A stretch of DNA of 64,000 nucleotides from Octopus vulgaris (taxonomy: Eukaryota): the NCBI GenBank assembly GCA_951406725.2, contig OX597823.1:20584001-20648000 (forward strand), in the 5' to 3' direction. Shown here piece after piece: positions 42,700 to 56,912 of the stretch. The notes beneath the pieces were generated by a model that saw only the letters and a program-made list of their open reading frames with translations, did no database searches and was not told the origin of the DNA. The translations under genes and the position numbers were made by a program. Numbering within the stretch: the first letter of the stretch is position 1; every line of letters starts with the position of its first letter.

Positions 42700-45050
42700 G
42701 ACAAACATTGTAAATTTTTTTGGAATCAGCAGTATAAAGCCGAGCCTTTAAACATCAAACCGTTGATGTAAAGATTTTCTTTACCAGAGTTTAGAGAAGG
42801 GGATTTTGCGACATGATAGTACCAGTTATACGATATTTAAAATTCTGGAACAGGATTGTAGGGAACATTTAACATATGTTCTCTTTACCATACTAAAGTG
42901 TTGTGGTAAAAGGCAAAGAAATGTTCCCGAAAATTGATGTCTGCCTTCAGTTACGTTTTTGTTGAAAGAGTTCGTAATTTAAGCGACTTTAGTCTCTTCA
43001 ATTACGAAAGCAATCGTCCAAATCGCAAGTAACAATTAATTCTCAGTATCGAAATATTGACGCATTTCTTAATAGTAAATAGAAAGTTGCAATTAAGCTT
43101 TCTACGAGAAATTATCAACCTGTGAATATCATTTTAGAAGCATGCTTCTGCTGATGTGACTCAATTGAAGTCACATTCGTTTTCAGAGTTTTAAATTATT
43201 TCCCAGTTTGAGGTAGGGCGAAATATTCTTGGAGTGCATAGGTATTGCTGTCTGCTTCACATTGATTTTTTTCTGCATAGTTGCCGAGTGAGGTCAAATG
43301 TATGTCTTTATCTATATGTCTGAAAGTATTATGAAGAACAACGTGAGGTTTAATATATTGAATTGCGGTAATTTGGTAATCCAGTTATTATCCCAGAATT
43401 TTCTGATAAGTCTTCGTTGGCCGCGAGCATTTGACTTTGGTCATTCTTGAAAGCTGAGTGCCATATGCATAAATTTCATGGTCGATTTGTGAAAAGTGTT
43501 GGCGAAATCCATATTCACAATGCTCCGTATAACAAATACATCAGAATTTCTTAGTATTGTTGTACAAGTTATATCTGCTTCTTACAAACATAATGTATGG
43601 TGTTCTTAAAATCCTTTTGTTAAATGAAATCGCCTGTTGAAATCTTCTCCAAGACTTTTGAAACGTGACACAGATCCGTCAATTTTTTAATTTTCACCAT
43701 TGACACCCGAAGCTAGATCATTATTTGAAATACTGAGTAGAGAAATTACACTTCTTCCCAATGAATCAGTACTATTCCATGTGGCCCAATTGTACAGATG
43801 TAGCATCTAAATAGGACTCGTATGGTATTTTAAGGACTAACAAAACGGCATTGGTCATAATTAGAACCATAGTGGAGTCAGTCAAGTTTACATGAAAATA
43901 TCTTTGTGATTTAGTTATGTCTTGTTTTGTAAATACATTATGGGTTACACTGTTGTGAGAAGTTTTTGCCTGGTAAATATACATGTTGCTCTTTCATCGG
44001 ATCAGAATCGATATATTTGTATTGCTGTTTGAGCAGATATTAAATCCACAAACGATCGTCTATGTGCAACCATCCTGACATTGGCGCGCACTGAATTTGA
44101 TTTGAAGAGTTGAGATTTATATACATAGAGAATAAAGCCTTTGGATATGATTTTATTCGATTACCACCATGAGGTTTCGCTTGATCTTTTCATAGAAGTT
44201 CTCCAGTACAGTTTCAATGATTTATATTTTAACACTTTTTCCAGCTTTGTCTTTGAAAAAATAGGATTATTGAGGTTTTTATTATATTTTTATACCATGT
44301 GGATTTGAGATGCTCTTGTATCAATATATTTCTTTATTGTATTTCGATAATTGAGATGTGAATGTGATAATATAGTTTTTAGTTTTTCTTTGTACAGAAA
44401 TTAAGTTCTGTTTCCCAGGTCGAATTGTCCGAAATCTATTCACTAATGAACCTCAATTCAGTTCCATTCAGCATTCAAGGGTTTGGAAATTTGTGGGGTT
44501 TGTGATTTATTCCGTGTTATACATCGATAGCTCAAGCATTTTATTGTCCCGGGGAAGAAAAAGGAAGACAAAATGTAACATATTAGACTTCTCTATGGAT
44601 TACATCATTGCTTGATAAATGAAGTGGATTCGAAGTTGTCATCGATACGTTCATTCTGATTGGGAGTGACCTAACAGATTTAATGTTCTTTGTAGTTCAT
44701 TTTATTCTTTACCAGAAACATAACAAGTTTCCTTTATCAGCTTCTCTGAATACCTTTTGCTCTCTTCATCAGACTCTTCAAAGCAATCACGAGGATAAGC
44801 TATGATTGAAAATCAAAGGTTGGGCATAACATAAAGAGTTTTTGTGTCAGGTGAGCGATTAGCAATTCATATACCGAAGTAAAATGTACAAAGATGCTTC
44901 CTGCAGCATGGTATTCCCAAACATACAAAGACATCCGACATACTTTTTGGATCGTCCGTATGGTTTCTATATTTTAAAGCCTCTTAATTTTGTGTACTTG
45001 GTGTATCGTGGTCCAAGTATGTGATGCATCCCTGTCAATCCAATAGGGAT
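42700..45050 (-). pseudogene. Heavily decayed CR1/Jockey-group LINE ORF2 relic
   Basis: Minus: IVNMDFANTFHK (cf. YLDFAKAFDKV) near 43490-43520, VSKVLEKI near 43640-43665; upstream extent weakly supported. Confidence 0.55.
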
Positions 45051-45132
45051 AAACTATGTCGTATTATTTCCTCCGTATTGGTGGTTGCATTAATTGTTAT
45101 CAATTTTTGCTAGTCGATATTAGCTTCCTTGT

Positions 45133-45750
45133 AAGGCGGCGAGCTGGCAGAGACCTTAGCTCGCCGCGCGAAATGCGTAGCCGTATTTCGTCTGCCGTTA
45201 CGTTCTGAGTTCAAATTCCGCCGAGGACGACTTTGCCTTTCATCCTTTCGGGGTCGATTAAATAAGTACCAGTTACGCACTGAGGTCGATGTAATCGACT
45301 TAATCTGTTTGTCTGTCCTTGTTTGCCCTCTCTGTGTTTAGCCCCTTGTGGGTAGTAAAGAAATAGGTATTTCGTCTGTCTTTATGTTCTGAGTTCAAAT
45401 TCCGCTGAGGTCGACTTTGCCTTTCATCCTTTCGGAGTCGATTAAATAAGTACCAGTTACCAACTGGGGTCGATATCATCGACTTAATCCGTTTGTCTTT
45501 TCTTGTTTATCCCCTCTGTGTGTAGCCCCTTGTGGGCAGTAAAGAAATAAGAAACGTTAGCACGCTGGGCGAAATGCTTAGCGGTATTTTGTCTGTCTCT
45601 ACTTCTAAGTTCAAATTCCGCCGAGGTCGACTTTGCCTTTCATCTTTTCGGGGGTCGATAAATTTAGTACCAGTTGCGTACTGAAGTCGATCTAATCGAC
45701 TGGTGCCTTCACCCAAAATTTCGGGCCTTCTGCGTAGAGTCGAAAAGGAT
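45133..45750 (+). mobile_element. Multimeric SINE family A array
   Basis: Three tandem GTTCAAATTCCGC...GCCTTTCATC modules. Confidence 0.9.
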
Positions 45751-46426
45751 ATTATTTTCATTGTTCTTCAATTATTCATAAGTGGGGCTTCATCCGGCAG
45801 ATCTAAGATTCAAGATTTTCCTGATATGACAAAACTGCTTTGATAAGTATGGCAGGATTATAAAATATATTTAAAGAAGTATATTCTTTTAAAGTTGCTA
45901 TTTCTAGCATATTCAACAGCCCTGTAAAGGCTCCCTCATTGTGTGACATACTGGCGTAAGAGGTGGTGGTGAAGGTGGCCGTTTCTGAATAGGCTCAGAA
46001 GAGTGATATAGTTACTGTATAATAGTAGTAGTAATGGTAGTAGTAGTGATACTAGCAGTAGTAGTAGCAGTAGCGGTGGCAGTAGCAGTAGTAGTGATTA
46101 TGATTATTGTTCTTGTTGATTTCACTAACGTCGTTGTAGGGTTTGTCGATGTGGTTGATTGTAGTGGCAATGGTGGTTGCGTCTATTCGGTATATTTTAG
46201 GAAGTAAAACATATTCGAAAGCAATACATTTCGCAGTCACAAGAGAATAGCTGCATGTGTAAAAACGATGTTCAGAAGAAGTTAAAGATGAAGACAAATG
46301 TGAGATGTAAGTAGTCAGGTGGTGATGGTGTTGGTGGTAGCAGTGAGGATCTATCAAAGAATATAGAAATCAAATATAGGTGACAGCTGCAGCACAGAAG
46401 ACACGAACAGCCACATGCAAGCAGAC

Positions 46427-46457
<31 letters not shown>

Positions 46458-46465
46458 TATATATG

Positions 46466-46568
<103 letters not shown>

Positions 46569-47104
46569 GCATATATATATAAATATATATCTATACATAC
46601 ATATATATTTATATATATATATATATATATACTTACATTTATATTTCTATGAGCATATGTGAGTGTGTGTGAGTGTGTTTGTGTATATGTGTGTGTGCGT
46701 GTGCGTATGTGTGTGTAGAGGTAGTAGAACCGAATGGTTGAAACGTTTGCAGCCAAGTTTCAGATTCTATCATTTTCTATAGAATGGCGTGAGCCAATAA
46801 CTTGTGAGCGAAACTGGGTTGACAGAAAACTACACAGGATTAATTCTATGTATTATAATTCAATGTAACAACTGTATTGTGACAGTAACACTTGTTCGTA
46901 ACAACACAACATATATTCTCATCTTTGCTGACCCGTTGATGACAACCTGAGCGAGAAGGAGCATCGTCACAATTATATATATATATATATATCAGCCGAA
47001 ATTGCGAGGATAATTCGGTTCTTGACTGGAGATTAGAGGCTTCGAATGACCCGTCCGTTTTTTTTGTATCGTCTATTTGAATGTTTTGCGTTCTTTTCCC
47101 ATTT

Positions 47105-47167
<63 letters not shown>

Positions 47168-47189
47168 CATTTATTTCTTTTGCCACAAG

Positions 47190-47242
47190 TATCACTGACG
47201 AAGAGAGGGCTCTAAGTAGCTAACTCTGAAATCGGTCCGATA
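47190..47242 (+). ncRNA. Type I hammerhead ribozyme motif
   Basis: TATCA-CTGACGA-AGAG...CTCT-GAAAT-CG-GTC^CGATA, about 30 bp after a (TA)n tract. Confidence 0.6.
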
Positions 47243-47664
47243 TGGTAATAATGGAATTTTTTTGAAATTTCTGTCAGCCTTTTTTCGAGTAGCGTGCGTA
47301 TTGTGAAAAAATTATATGGTTAATGGACAATATGTCCAATTTTTCAGGATATTTGGCATTAGAATTTTTTTCCTTTGCCCTCATTTATGAATTGTTTATA
47401 AATTTAACCGTTAAAGGTATTTTTTAATATGCTGGCCATTGATAAAATTTTTTTCGAGAAAATATTTTTTTTCGAAAAGAATTTTATCCTCACATTTGAT
47501 TATGTTTGAGCGGAGTCATTCAACCCTATTATCTCCCCTAATTTCGCTCTTGCATCTCATGTTTGATCTTTGACTTCTGGCCGAAATCAGATCGCCATGT
47601 TGATTCGCTAGCTTTTGCACGCATATTTTTTCTCTCCTTTCTGTGTTTTTTTTTCTCTGTGTAT

Positions 47665-47700
47665 CTTTCTGTTGAAGAGCGTAGGCTCGAAACGTTAAAG
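47665..47700 (+). ncRNA. Minimal hammerhead-like motif (one core substitution)
   Basis: CTTT-CTGTTGA-A-GAGC-GTAG-GCTC-GAAAC-GTT-AAAG; palindromic AACGTT; host element ends in (TA)n at ~47830. Confidence 0.55.
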
Positions 47701-48048
47701 ACTTGTTTCATTTATATTTCCTGAGCGCCATACTAATACAATTATTTGTTTGTATTCCACCTGCTTTCGTCTTTTGTTTATTTCCGTAAACCTGCCTTCG
47801 TCGTTTGTCTATTTTCATAAAGCTTCCCGTTATATATATATATATAAATGATTTCCGACAACTTTATATACTCTAAAATAAATTATATTTCTCAGTGAAT
47901 GTAAATATAAACTAATTCATTTTCATTTTTATATTAAATCGCTACAAACGTTGTTTGGTAATTTTATGATAAGGCAAGCATCCTTCGTGCTTAAGAAACT
48001 TGGCTATTCATGAACGTTACCGCCTGTATTAAAGGGCTTTATATCCAA

Positions 48049-48436
48049 CTAGCAGTATCGCCCGGCGTTGCTCGGGTTTGTAAGGGAAATAACTAATTAA
48101 GCATTTTTAGAGATGTAAAGTATAATAGCCATCTCAATATGGCTAACCACAAGGGGGGGGGGGTTACTGTAACTTTTTACGTTCTGAGATTTAATAAATT
48201 TTTAGAGAGTTACTTCCCTTATATATGCCAAAAATGCATTAAAAATGGGGAAAATTGATGGTAAAATTTTAAAAATCGTAGCCTCATCGTAGACGCGCGC
48301 TAATACCCAGAAGGACTCGATATGAATCACGACTATTGATTGGTTTTGGTTAAACTGTACCGCAAAATGTGGGAGTAATTAGGAATCTAAATCGTAGGAG
48401 ACAGACAGCACACAACCTCACTTTTATATATAAAGA
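48049..48436 (-). mobile_element. Non-autonomous Helitron (second copy)
   Basis: Same termini and hairpin as 38057-38432, different internal segment. Confidence 0.85.
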
Positions 48437-48529
48437 TATAATTTTGGAAATTAGGTTTATGTCATTTCACCTCTTCCTGCATAAAGTGAGTGGCTATGGG
48501 TAATTTTATTAATCATTCCACAGCGATTT

Positions 48530-48880
48530 TAGTGACCTTTTACTTGCTTCAAGATTCATGATGCTCCCATACTTAGCCAGAATAGCAGCTTGAATTTCTC
48601 TAACACGGACCTTGTTATCACCTGTCAATTAACGGATAAATAACTTCATAACTTGGATATTTTGAATCTCTCATACGTTTCTTTGCACCAGCAGATGATG
48701 ATTTAGTATTTCCAGCGATATGTTAATATGCATTCTGTGTCTTCTCCGCCTTGAGTATATCCGAAACAGTTTGAATTTTAACTCCATAATCTCCACAAAT
48801 ATTCGCTACCGGAGCGCTAAATTCTAAATGCCTTATAAAATTCCAATATTTTTGGCGATAATTAGGATCCTATGCTGCAT
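48530..48880 (-). pseudogene. Tigger/pogo (Jerky/CENP-B-like) transposase N-terminal relic
   Basis: Minus: VANICGDYGVKIQTVSDILK...AKKRMRDSKYP (HTH_psq-like). Confidence 0.65.
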
Positions 48881-49142
48881 TAAATTATTACTCTGCCACG
48901 ACACCATGCTAGAAATCATATTGATGAAAATGCGTAACAACCGAAATAGTAAAGAAAATAGCTGCATAGCACACATTTAGCCCTGTTGCGTTTGATAGTT
49001 ATTTTCACAATATGTTCTGTGCGACCCCGAAGAACAAACTGACAGAGACAGAATTATCAAAAAGGAAAGGAAAACATACAACCGAACCTGGAATTGTTTT
49101 GAACTATCTGATTCCTGTCAGCAGAATGTGTATTACTGGAAT

Positions 49143-49364
49143 TTTACTCTTTACTCTTTTACTCTTTTACTTGTTTCAGTCATTTGAGTGTGGCCATGCT
49201 GGAGCACCGCCTTTAGTCGCGCAAATCGACCCCAGGACATATTCTTTGTAAGCCTAGTACTTATTCTATCTTTTGCCGAACCGCTAAGTTACGGGGACGT
49301 AAACATACTAGCATAGGTTGTCAATCGATGTTGGGGTGACAAACACAAACACACAAACATAAAC

Positions 49365-49409
<45 letters not shown>

Positions 49410-50005
49410 TACGACGGGCTTCTTTCTGTTTCCGTCTACCAAATCCACTCATAAGGCTTTTGTCGACTCGATGCTACAGTAGAAGACACTTGCTCAAGGT
49501 GCTACGCAGTGGGACTGAACATGGAACCGTGTGGTTCGTAAGCAACCTACTTACCACATAGCCACCCCTGAAAACAAATTACAGTGAAATTATAGAAAGA
49601 TACTAAAGGAGCAGAATTATTATAAAGAAAATATACTTCAGTAATTCTTTTATTCTTTTATTCCTTTACTTGTTTCAGTCACTTGATTGCGGACATACTG
49701 GAGCACCGCCTTTAGTCGAACAAATCGACTCCAGGACTTATTGTTTGTAAGCCTAGTACTTACTCCATCGGACTCTTATGCCGAACTGTTAGGTTACAGG
49801 GACATGAACACACCAACACCGGTTGTCAAGCGATGGTGGGGAGACATACAAACACAAAGACACACACACACACACGCACACACATACATATACTACGGGC
49901 TTCTTTCAATTTCCGTCTACTAAATCCACTCACAAGGCTTTGGTCGGCCCGAGGCTATAGTAGAATACCCTTGCTCAATATGCCAGGCAGCGGGACTGAA
50001 CCCGG
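49143..50005 (-). mobile_element. Two tandem SINE family B copies (49143-49570, 49645-50005)
   Basis: Match other copies. Confidence 0.9.
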
Positions 50006-51141
50006 AAATTTTCCATAAAAAGGCAATGTTTGTTGGGGGGTGGGGGTGGAATTGAAGAAAGTAAGTCATGTACCCCTAACAGGTTGAATACAACTAAAAA
50101 ATAGCAAATAGAGGAAACATGAATGAATTCATAGAACAGGGTTTTAAATGTTAGTGATGGGAAATCAGTTAGAAAGGGTATACTTCTGAAGAAATATGTA
50201 CTAAACTGAATAAGATCTCTACTGGTGAAATGCCCTGTTGTAGTGTCATATATTCCATCCAGTACAATGCTAGAGTAGAACAAGGTGTGAGGTGTTTTAA
50301 ATCAACTCTCAGAATATGTCATCTCAGAAAGCAGAAAAATGATTTGCCCCTTTCCGTCTAACATTATATTATTGACTGATTTAACATTTTTGATGAATTG
50401 ATTCTATTTGGTAGGAATAAGGCATCAGCATAGCACAGTCAGAATATGCGCCGTTACAGCACTGATGTTCAAAGTCGGCGGCAGATGTGAAAACAGTCAT
50501 TTTGTTTTTGTCCTGTTTATCCGATGTCCAGCTTAACGGAGTCCGATATAAAGAGAACTATACGTGTGTTAATGTATGTGCATGAATGTATGACGTATAC
50601 GCATATGTATGCATGTATGTGTGTATGCATGTGTGTATGTGTGTATGTATGTATGTATATATGTATGTATCTATCATTTTATCTACCTATCTATCTATTT
50701 TCATACAGAGAGAGAGAGAGAGCGAAGGCGGACGAGAAAGAAAATGAGAGCGAAAAAGAGATAGAGAATGAGAGAGATAAGGAGGAAAGAAAGTGTGTGT
50801 GTGAGAGAGAGGGGGGATGGAAAGCGAAAGAGAACGAGGTATAGTTCGATATAATGAAAACAATTTCTGAGAAATACAATCCTGAAAAATGAGACAGGGT
50901 AGTCATGGCGTGAATACTTTTCAAATTAGTTCATAGTCTCAGAGCGATAGGATCAACATTCGTCTGGAAGTGAATGAAAAAATATATTATGAAAGCAGAA
51001 TATAAATAAAAGCATTAGAATTAGGAACGAAAACGGAAAGACACAAAAATACGATTTAATTTAAAAATCAAAATGAATTACTTTTTATTTACATTCACTG
51101 ATAAATATAATTTATTCCAGTGGATATAAAGTTGTCGTAAA

Positions 51142-51228
<87 letters not shown>

Positions 51229-51377
51229 TGTGTGTGTGTATGTAATATAAATACGTATGCATATATACGTTTGTATGTATGTATATATGTACGTTTATAT
51301 ATGCCGTGTGTGCGTACCTCTATGTATACGCGTATATGTGAGCATGTGTGTACATGTTTGCATGTGTGTGTGTGTGT

Positions 51378-51433
<56 letters not shown>

Positions 51434-52310
51434 ATGTGTACGATATTTGTCGACGTAAGGGACATGCCAAATGTGATAAAGTTAAATAATTCGCTCCGCC
51501 ATTTAATTATGGCTTCTGTGAGTGTAAAAACGGAACAAAGAAAGTGTTAAATGAGATATTAAATTAGATTTCCAGCTTCTGAAATAAAACTAAACAGGAA
51601 TACAAACTAGAAGTGATGCAAGATAGTCGCACGAAATTATTTACAGCATTTGCTTTTATAGCTCTAGCTCCACTTTTTCCTATTGATTTTTTTTGAATGG
51701 TGTTCAAATTGAAGAGGCCACAGAACACCATATTTCCTGTCCGAATACATCTGAAAATATTTGTTATTTATTTTTTCAACAGAGGGTCTAACACGTAATA
51801 TTGGTTCACATTATGGATTGCTTTTGTTTTTTTGTTTTTGTTATTGTTGTTCGTTAGCCGCAAGTCAGCACAGAAAAGGTAGAATAATAATCAGAATAAT
51901 GCTCACCTGTCATTCTGCCTACTCATAACTATCTTATTTGTATATCTAAAACGATATAGACTAGTGAGTTGCTCCTTACATTTTAGGGACAGCAGGGCTG
52001 TAAACTAAATATTTTACTGCAATTTGTAGCGAGAGAATCCAACACGGATAATCATACTTGTCTTCTGAATCGGATAGGCACTTCCGTTATATACAGTGTC
52101 CCTAAAAGTAGTCACGAGATACACTAGATACACTCCTCCTAATAAACGGAAAAAGACCAAGTTGTCATACTCGGAACACTATTGAACAAATATCTACTGC
52201 ATTATGTTTGACGTGAACTCAACGACTAAAATGACAAATCTAAAGTAATCATCAACATCACTTCACCAGTTATACTAATACCACAATTTATTTTAACCAA
52301 TGCGATTAAC

Positions 52311-52635
52311 GTAGAAAAATTACTCATAAATAGTAAATCCTCTTTATTGGCCTGTGGGGAGGGAATCTTACCCACAATCTGGAGATGATCTTCATTGATT
52401 TCATTAGAAAGGCAAATTATCTATAAATGGCTGATTGACTTTTTGACTTCTTGGGGTGGTGATGTTAGCTATGTTCTCTATCAGTAATAAATCATTTTAG
52501 GCGATGTGTCAGCAGAATCGTTACCGAGCCGGTCCGGGCAAAATGCTTCACATTTCGTGCATCTTTGCGTTCTAAGCTCAAATTCTACTAAGGTCGACTT
52601 AGCCTTTCATTCTTTCGGGATCGATTAAATAAGTA
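52311..52635 (+). repeat. Local duplication, copy 1 (copy 2 at 56593-56912)
   Basis: Near-identical non-SINE sequence plus the same diverged SINE head. Confidence 0.9.
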
Positions 52636-53751
52636 GCCAGATTAGTAGCCAAATATAACAATAACAGTAGCCAAACAATAACACGACTAGATTAGTAGCC
52701 AAATCTTACTCAAGTCTACTGTCTCTAAATGAAAAGAAATTTTGGAAAATGTTGTCTTAGATGCAACATATCAAAAGCTTAACACTCGAGCTCCACCGTG
52801 AGTATCCTATTCATGATGTGTCTGTAGGGTATAACATATTTTAATTTCACTGCAATAATTACATTATAGATAATAGATATAATTACAAATTTTAATAATT
52901 AAAGGACCGAGGAGAGACGAATCAACCCTTCCCCAATTAAGCAAAAATATCATGGCATTCGACCTACTCAAGATATGAAGGATAAATAATTTATCTTTTA
53001 ATTGTATTATTTTATCCGGAAAAATAGACCGTACTTTCTCAACAGAGGTCGGGTAATTGAATCTGAGAAATTGATGGATAATTATCAATTTAGATAAGTG
53101 TCTCCAACGTTGAGCTTTAACGCTAATGTGATATTAAATTTTACCTTCTAGTATCCAGGGGTTGGGAATTAGATTGACCACATGCGTAAGGAAGAGCCGG
53201 GAAAAAATACAAAAGCGTGAATGACAGAATACTACTACAAATAATTTGCTCTTTCGTATGTCCAGACAAATCGAACAATAAATTTCAAACACTTGCACTG
53301 AAAACAGAAGTCATTAACATTTGTAGAACAAAGTCATAATAATACTGGACAATAAGGCTATTACAGAATCAGGGTACATGCTGAGATGATAACCTCCTCA
53401 GTAGATCTAACAAGGATACTAACTCCTTATGAAAGGCTTTAATTAAGGAAGGACATTAAGTCTTAACGACCATGAAAGTTAATTTTAATGCTCAGTTTTC
53501 ACTACTTAATTGTTCTTTGAATTAGTTCAAGATGGCGGCCTGACAGAATCGTTACCGCGCCAGACAAAATTCTTAGCAACAATTCTGCCGACATTACGCT
53601 CTGGATTCAAATGCCGCTATGGTATACTTCGACATTCGGGATCGATAAAATAGGCCCCAGAGGAACAACGGGATCACTGTAATCAATTTACGCTGTCCTT
53701 CCCACTCAAAAAAACTTCTGGCTTCGTACTAATATTTGAAACCAATACATG

Positions 53752-54152
53752 ACTCTTTTACTTGTTTCAGTCATTTGACTGTGGCCACACTGGAGCACTG
53801 CCTGTAGTCAAGCAAATCGACTCCAGGACTTATTCTTTGAAAGCCTAGTACTTATTCTATCAGTCTCTTTTGCCGAACTGCTAAGTTACGGGGACGTAGA
53901 CACACCAGCATCGGTTGTCAAGCGATGTTGGGAGGGACAAACACAGACACACAAACATTTGCACACACATACATATAGATACATATATACGACGGGCCTC
54001 TTTCAATTTCCGTCTACCAAATCCACTCAGAAGGCTTTGGTCGGCTCGAGATTATAGTAGAAGACACTTGTCCATGGTGCCTCGCAGTGGAACTGGACCC
54101 GGAACCATGTGGCTGGTAAGCAAGCTACTTACCACACAGCCACTCCTACGCC
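53752..54152 (-). mobile_element. SINE family B
   Basis: Matches other copies. Confidence 0.9.
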
Positions 54153-54652
54153 TGACTTGGTTTAGTGAGAGAATTTATATGGTGATCACGAGTTGACTGT
54201 TTTGGTTAGTTTATTTATATATTGTGCAGTTGAAGCTGAAAGGGCAAGCAACGTCGCAGATAAAAAAAAAATCCGAAGATATTCCAAGCATGGACAGCAG
54301 AATGAGACAAGTCTTCTTCATGGTCAAAATCAGTTTGCAGTTCTGAGGACGTTACCGATGCGATAGGCATTCTAGTTATACACTAAATAGACCAAGAAAT
54401 ATACCACTGTATGATAATTATTTCTAATTCAGCTACGAGGTAAGAAATTTGGGCGAAAGGAATAGCAGACGTTATCTATTCAACACCTTGACAGGCATCT
54501 CATTTTATTCCTCCAAAAAGGATGAAACCAAAGCGGACCTCGGTGCTGTTTGAAATTAGAGCTTAAATACCCAGATGAAATACCAGATTGGATTCTTCCA
54601 ATGCTTTAATGATTGTACCAATCCCCCGTTCTAAATCAGAGCATCATAATAC

Positions 54653-56097
54653 CTATTTCTTTATTATCCACAAGGGGCTAAACACAGAGGGGACAAACAA
54701 GGACAGGCATAGGTATTAAGTCGATTACATCGACCCCAGTGCGTAACTGGTACTAAATTTATCGACCCCGAAAGGATGAAAGGCAAAGTCGACCTCGACG
54801 GAATTTGAACTCACAACGCAGATGAAATACCGCTAGGCATTTGGACCGGCGTGTTAACGCTTCTGCCAGGTCAGCATCATAATACCTTCTGGTTTTGGCA
54901 CAAGATCAATAATTTCGAGGTGTGGTTTTAGTCAATTCTATCAATCCCAAGAATTTAGTGGTACATGGAAAAAATTAAATGCAAAGTTGACCTTGGCGGG
55001 ATTTAAACTCAGAATGTAAATGGCCGGAAGAAGTGTCACTTGGCATTTTCCCGACGCTCTACCAATTCAAGCTGCCTTCAGTCATTGTATAATAATGGTA
55101 CACCTGTAATTTTTTTTTTCTTGGTGGGGGATAAGTAAATTACATGAACCCTTGTATTCAACTGGTACTTATTTTATGAATCCCGACATGAAGACGAAGT
55201 CAAATTCAGCAGAATTTGAAATCGGGACGTAAAGACGAACGAAATGGCTCTAAACATTTTTCTCAGCCTGCAAACAATTCTTTTCTATTCTAGGCACAAG
55301 GCTCGAAATTTAGGGGGAGGGAGCCTGTCGATTAGATCTACACCAGTACGCAACTGGTACTTAATTTTTCGATCACGAAAGGATAAAAGGCAAAGTCGAC
55401 CTCGGCGAAATTTGAACGCAGAACGTAATGACAGACGAAATACCTATTTCTTTACTACCCACAAGGGTCTAAACACAGAGAGGACAAACAAAGACAAAGG
55501 GATTAAGTCGATTACATCAACCCCAATGCGTAACTGGTACTTATCAACCCCGAAAGGATGAAAGGCAAAGTCTACCTCGGCGGAATTTGAACTCAGAACC
55601 TAACGGCAGATGAAATACGGCTACGCATTTCGCCCGGCGTGCTAACGTTTCTGCCTGCTCGCCGCCTTGAAGCGTACTAATAATTCTGCCATCACGTTGA
55701 CTTAATTCAGTGTATAATAATCCTTTCAACTATAGGCACCAGGCCTGAAATTTTTGTGGGAGGGGACTAATCGATTACCGACCCTAATTGGATAAAAAGT
55801 AAAGTTGAACTCGACGGAATTTGAACTCAGCTCGTAAAGACGGACAAAATACAGCTAAGCATTACGCCCGGCGCACTAAAGATTCTTTTCTACTCCGGGC
55901 CCAAGGCTTGAAATTTTGGGGGAGGGGGCAGTCGATTAGATCGACCCCAGTACGCAACTGGTACTTAATTTATCGACTCCGAAAGGATGAAAGGCAAAGT
56001 CTACCTCGGCGGAATTTGAACTCAGATTGTAAAGTGAGACAAAATACCACTAAGCATTTCGCCCAGCGTGTTAACGATTCTGTGATTTCGCTGCCTT
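54653..56097 (-). mobile_element. Cluster of same-orientation young and old SINE family A copies
   Basis: Modules at about 54653-54868, 54890-55075, 55270-55668, 55730-55880, 55880-56097. Confidence 0.85.
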
Positions 56098-56347
56098 AAA
56101 TCAGTGTATGATAATGAAACTAAAAATTCTTTTGTTTTCAATTTTTGTATATTTCACCTGAGCCTTTCATCTTCTCAGGGGTCGATAAGATAAATACCAG
56201 TCACCCACTGTGACCGATATAATCGATCATCTCCTCCTCCGAAATTGCTGGCCTTGAGCCAAAACTTGAAATTATTATTTGTATTCTGATTTTGTCACCA
56301 GAGTTAGATAATCCTTACTGACACCCTCGTGCGGAGAAGTTACTCAC

Positions 56348-56366
56348 CATCGATAGTTCAAACTAC
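56348..56366 (-). other. Candidate microexon (19 nt, or 15 nt from the downstream AG)
   Basis: Minus: CTCTCTCTTTTCAG|GTAGTTTGAACTATCGATG|GTGAGT. Confidence 0.35.
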
Positions 56367-56592
56367 CTGAAAAGAGAGAGGTTTCGCTAGATTTAACTTC
56401 TCAATTTCTGACGTAAATCATGACAGTGCCCAAAGGAGATAGTTAGTTGGGGAAGGAGGGATGCAAGGTAAGATAATCATTTCTGACTTCAGGTGTGAAA
56501 CGGTTACTCAATGTCGGTAAGACATTATTTCGCACCTCGTGGGAAAGTAAAGTTGCATACCATAAGAAAAGGATTCTTAGCAACATTATAGA

Positions 56593-56912
56593 GTAGAAAA
56601 ATTACTCATAAATAGTAAATCCTCTTTATTGGCCTGTGGGGAGGGAATCTCACCCACAATCTGGAGATGATCTTCATTGATTTCATTAGAAAGGCAAATT
56701 ATCTATAAATGGCTGATTGACTTTTTGACTTCTTGGGGTGGTGATGTTAGCTATGTTCTCTATCAGTAGTAAATCATTTTAGGCTGTGTGCCAGCGGAAT
56801 CGTTACCGAGCCGGGCAAAATGCTTCACATTTCGTGCGTCTTTGCGTTCTAAGCTCAAATTCTACTAAGGTCGACTTAGCCTCTCATTCTTTCGGGATCG
56901 ATTAAATAAGTA
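56593..56912 (+). repeat. Local duplication, copy 2
   Basis: See 52311-52635. Confidence 0.9.

Noticed and set aside
53145-53297. Minus-strand 153-nt open exon candidate
   Set aside because: Weak donor (GTAAAA) and a peptide with no recognisable features
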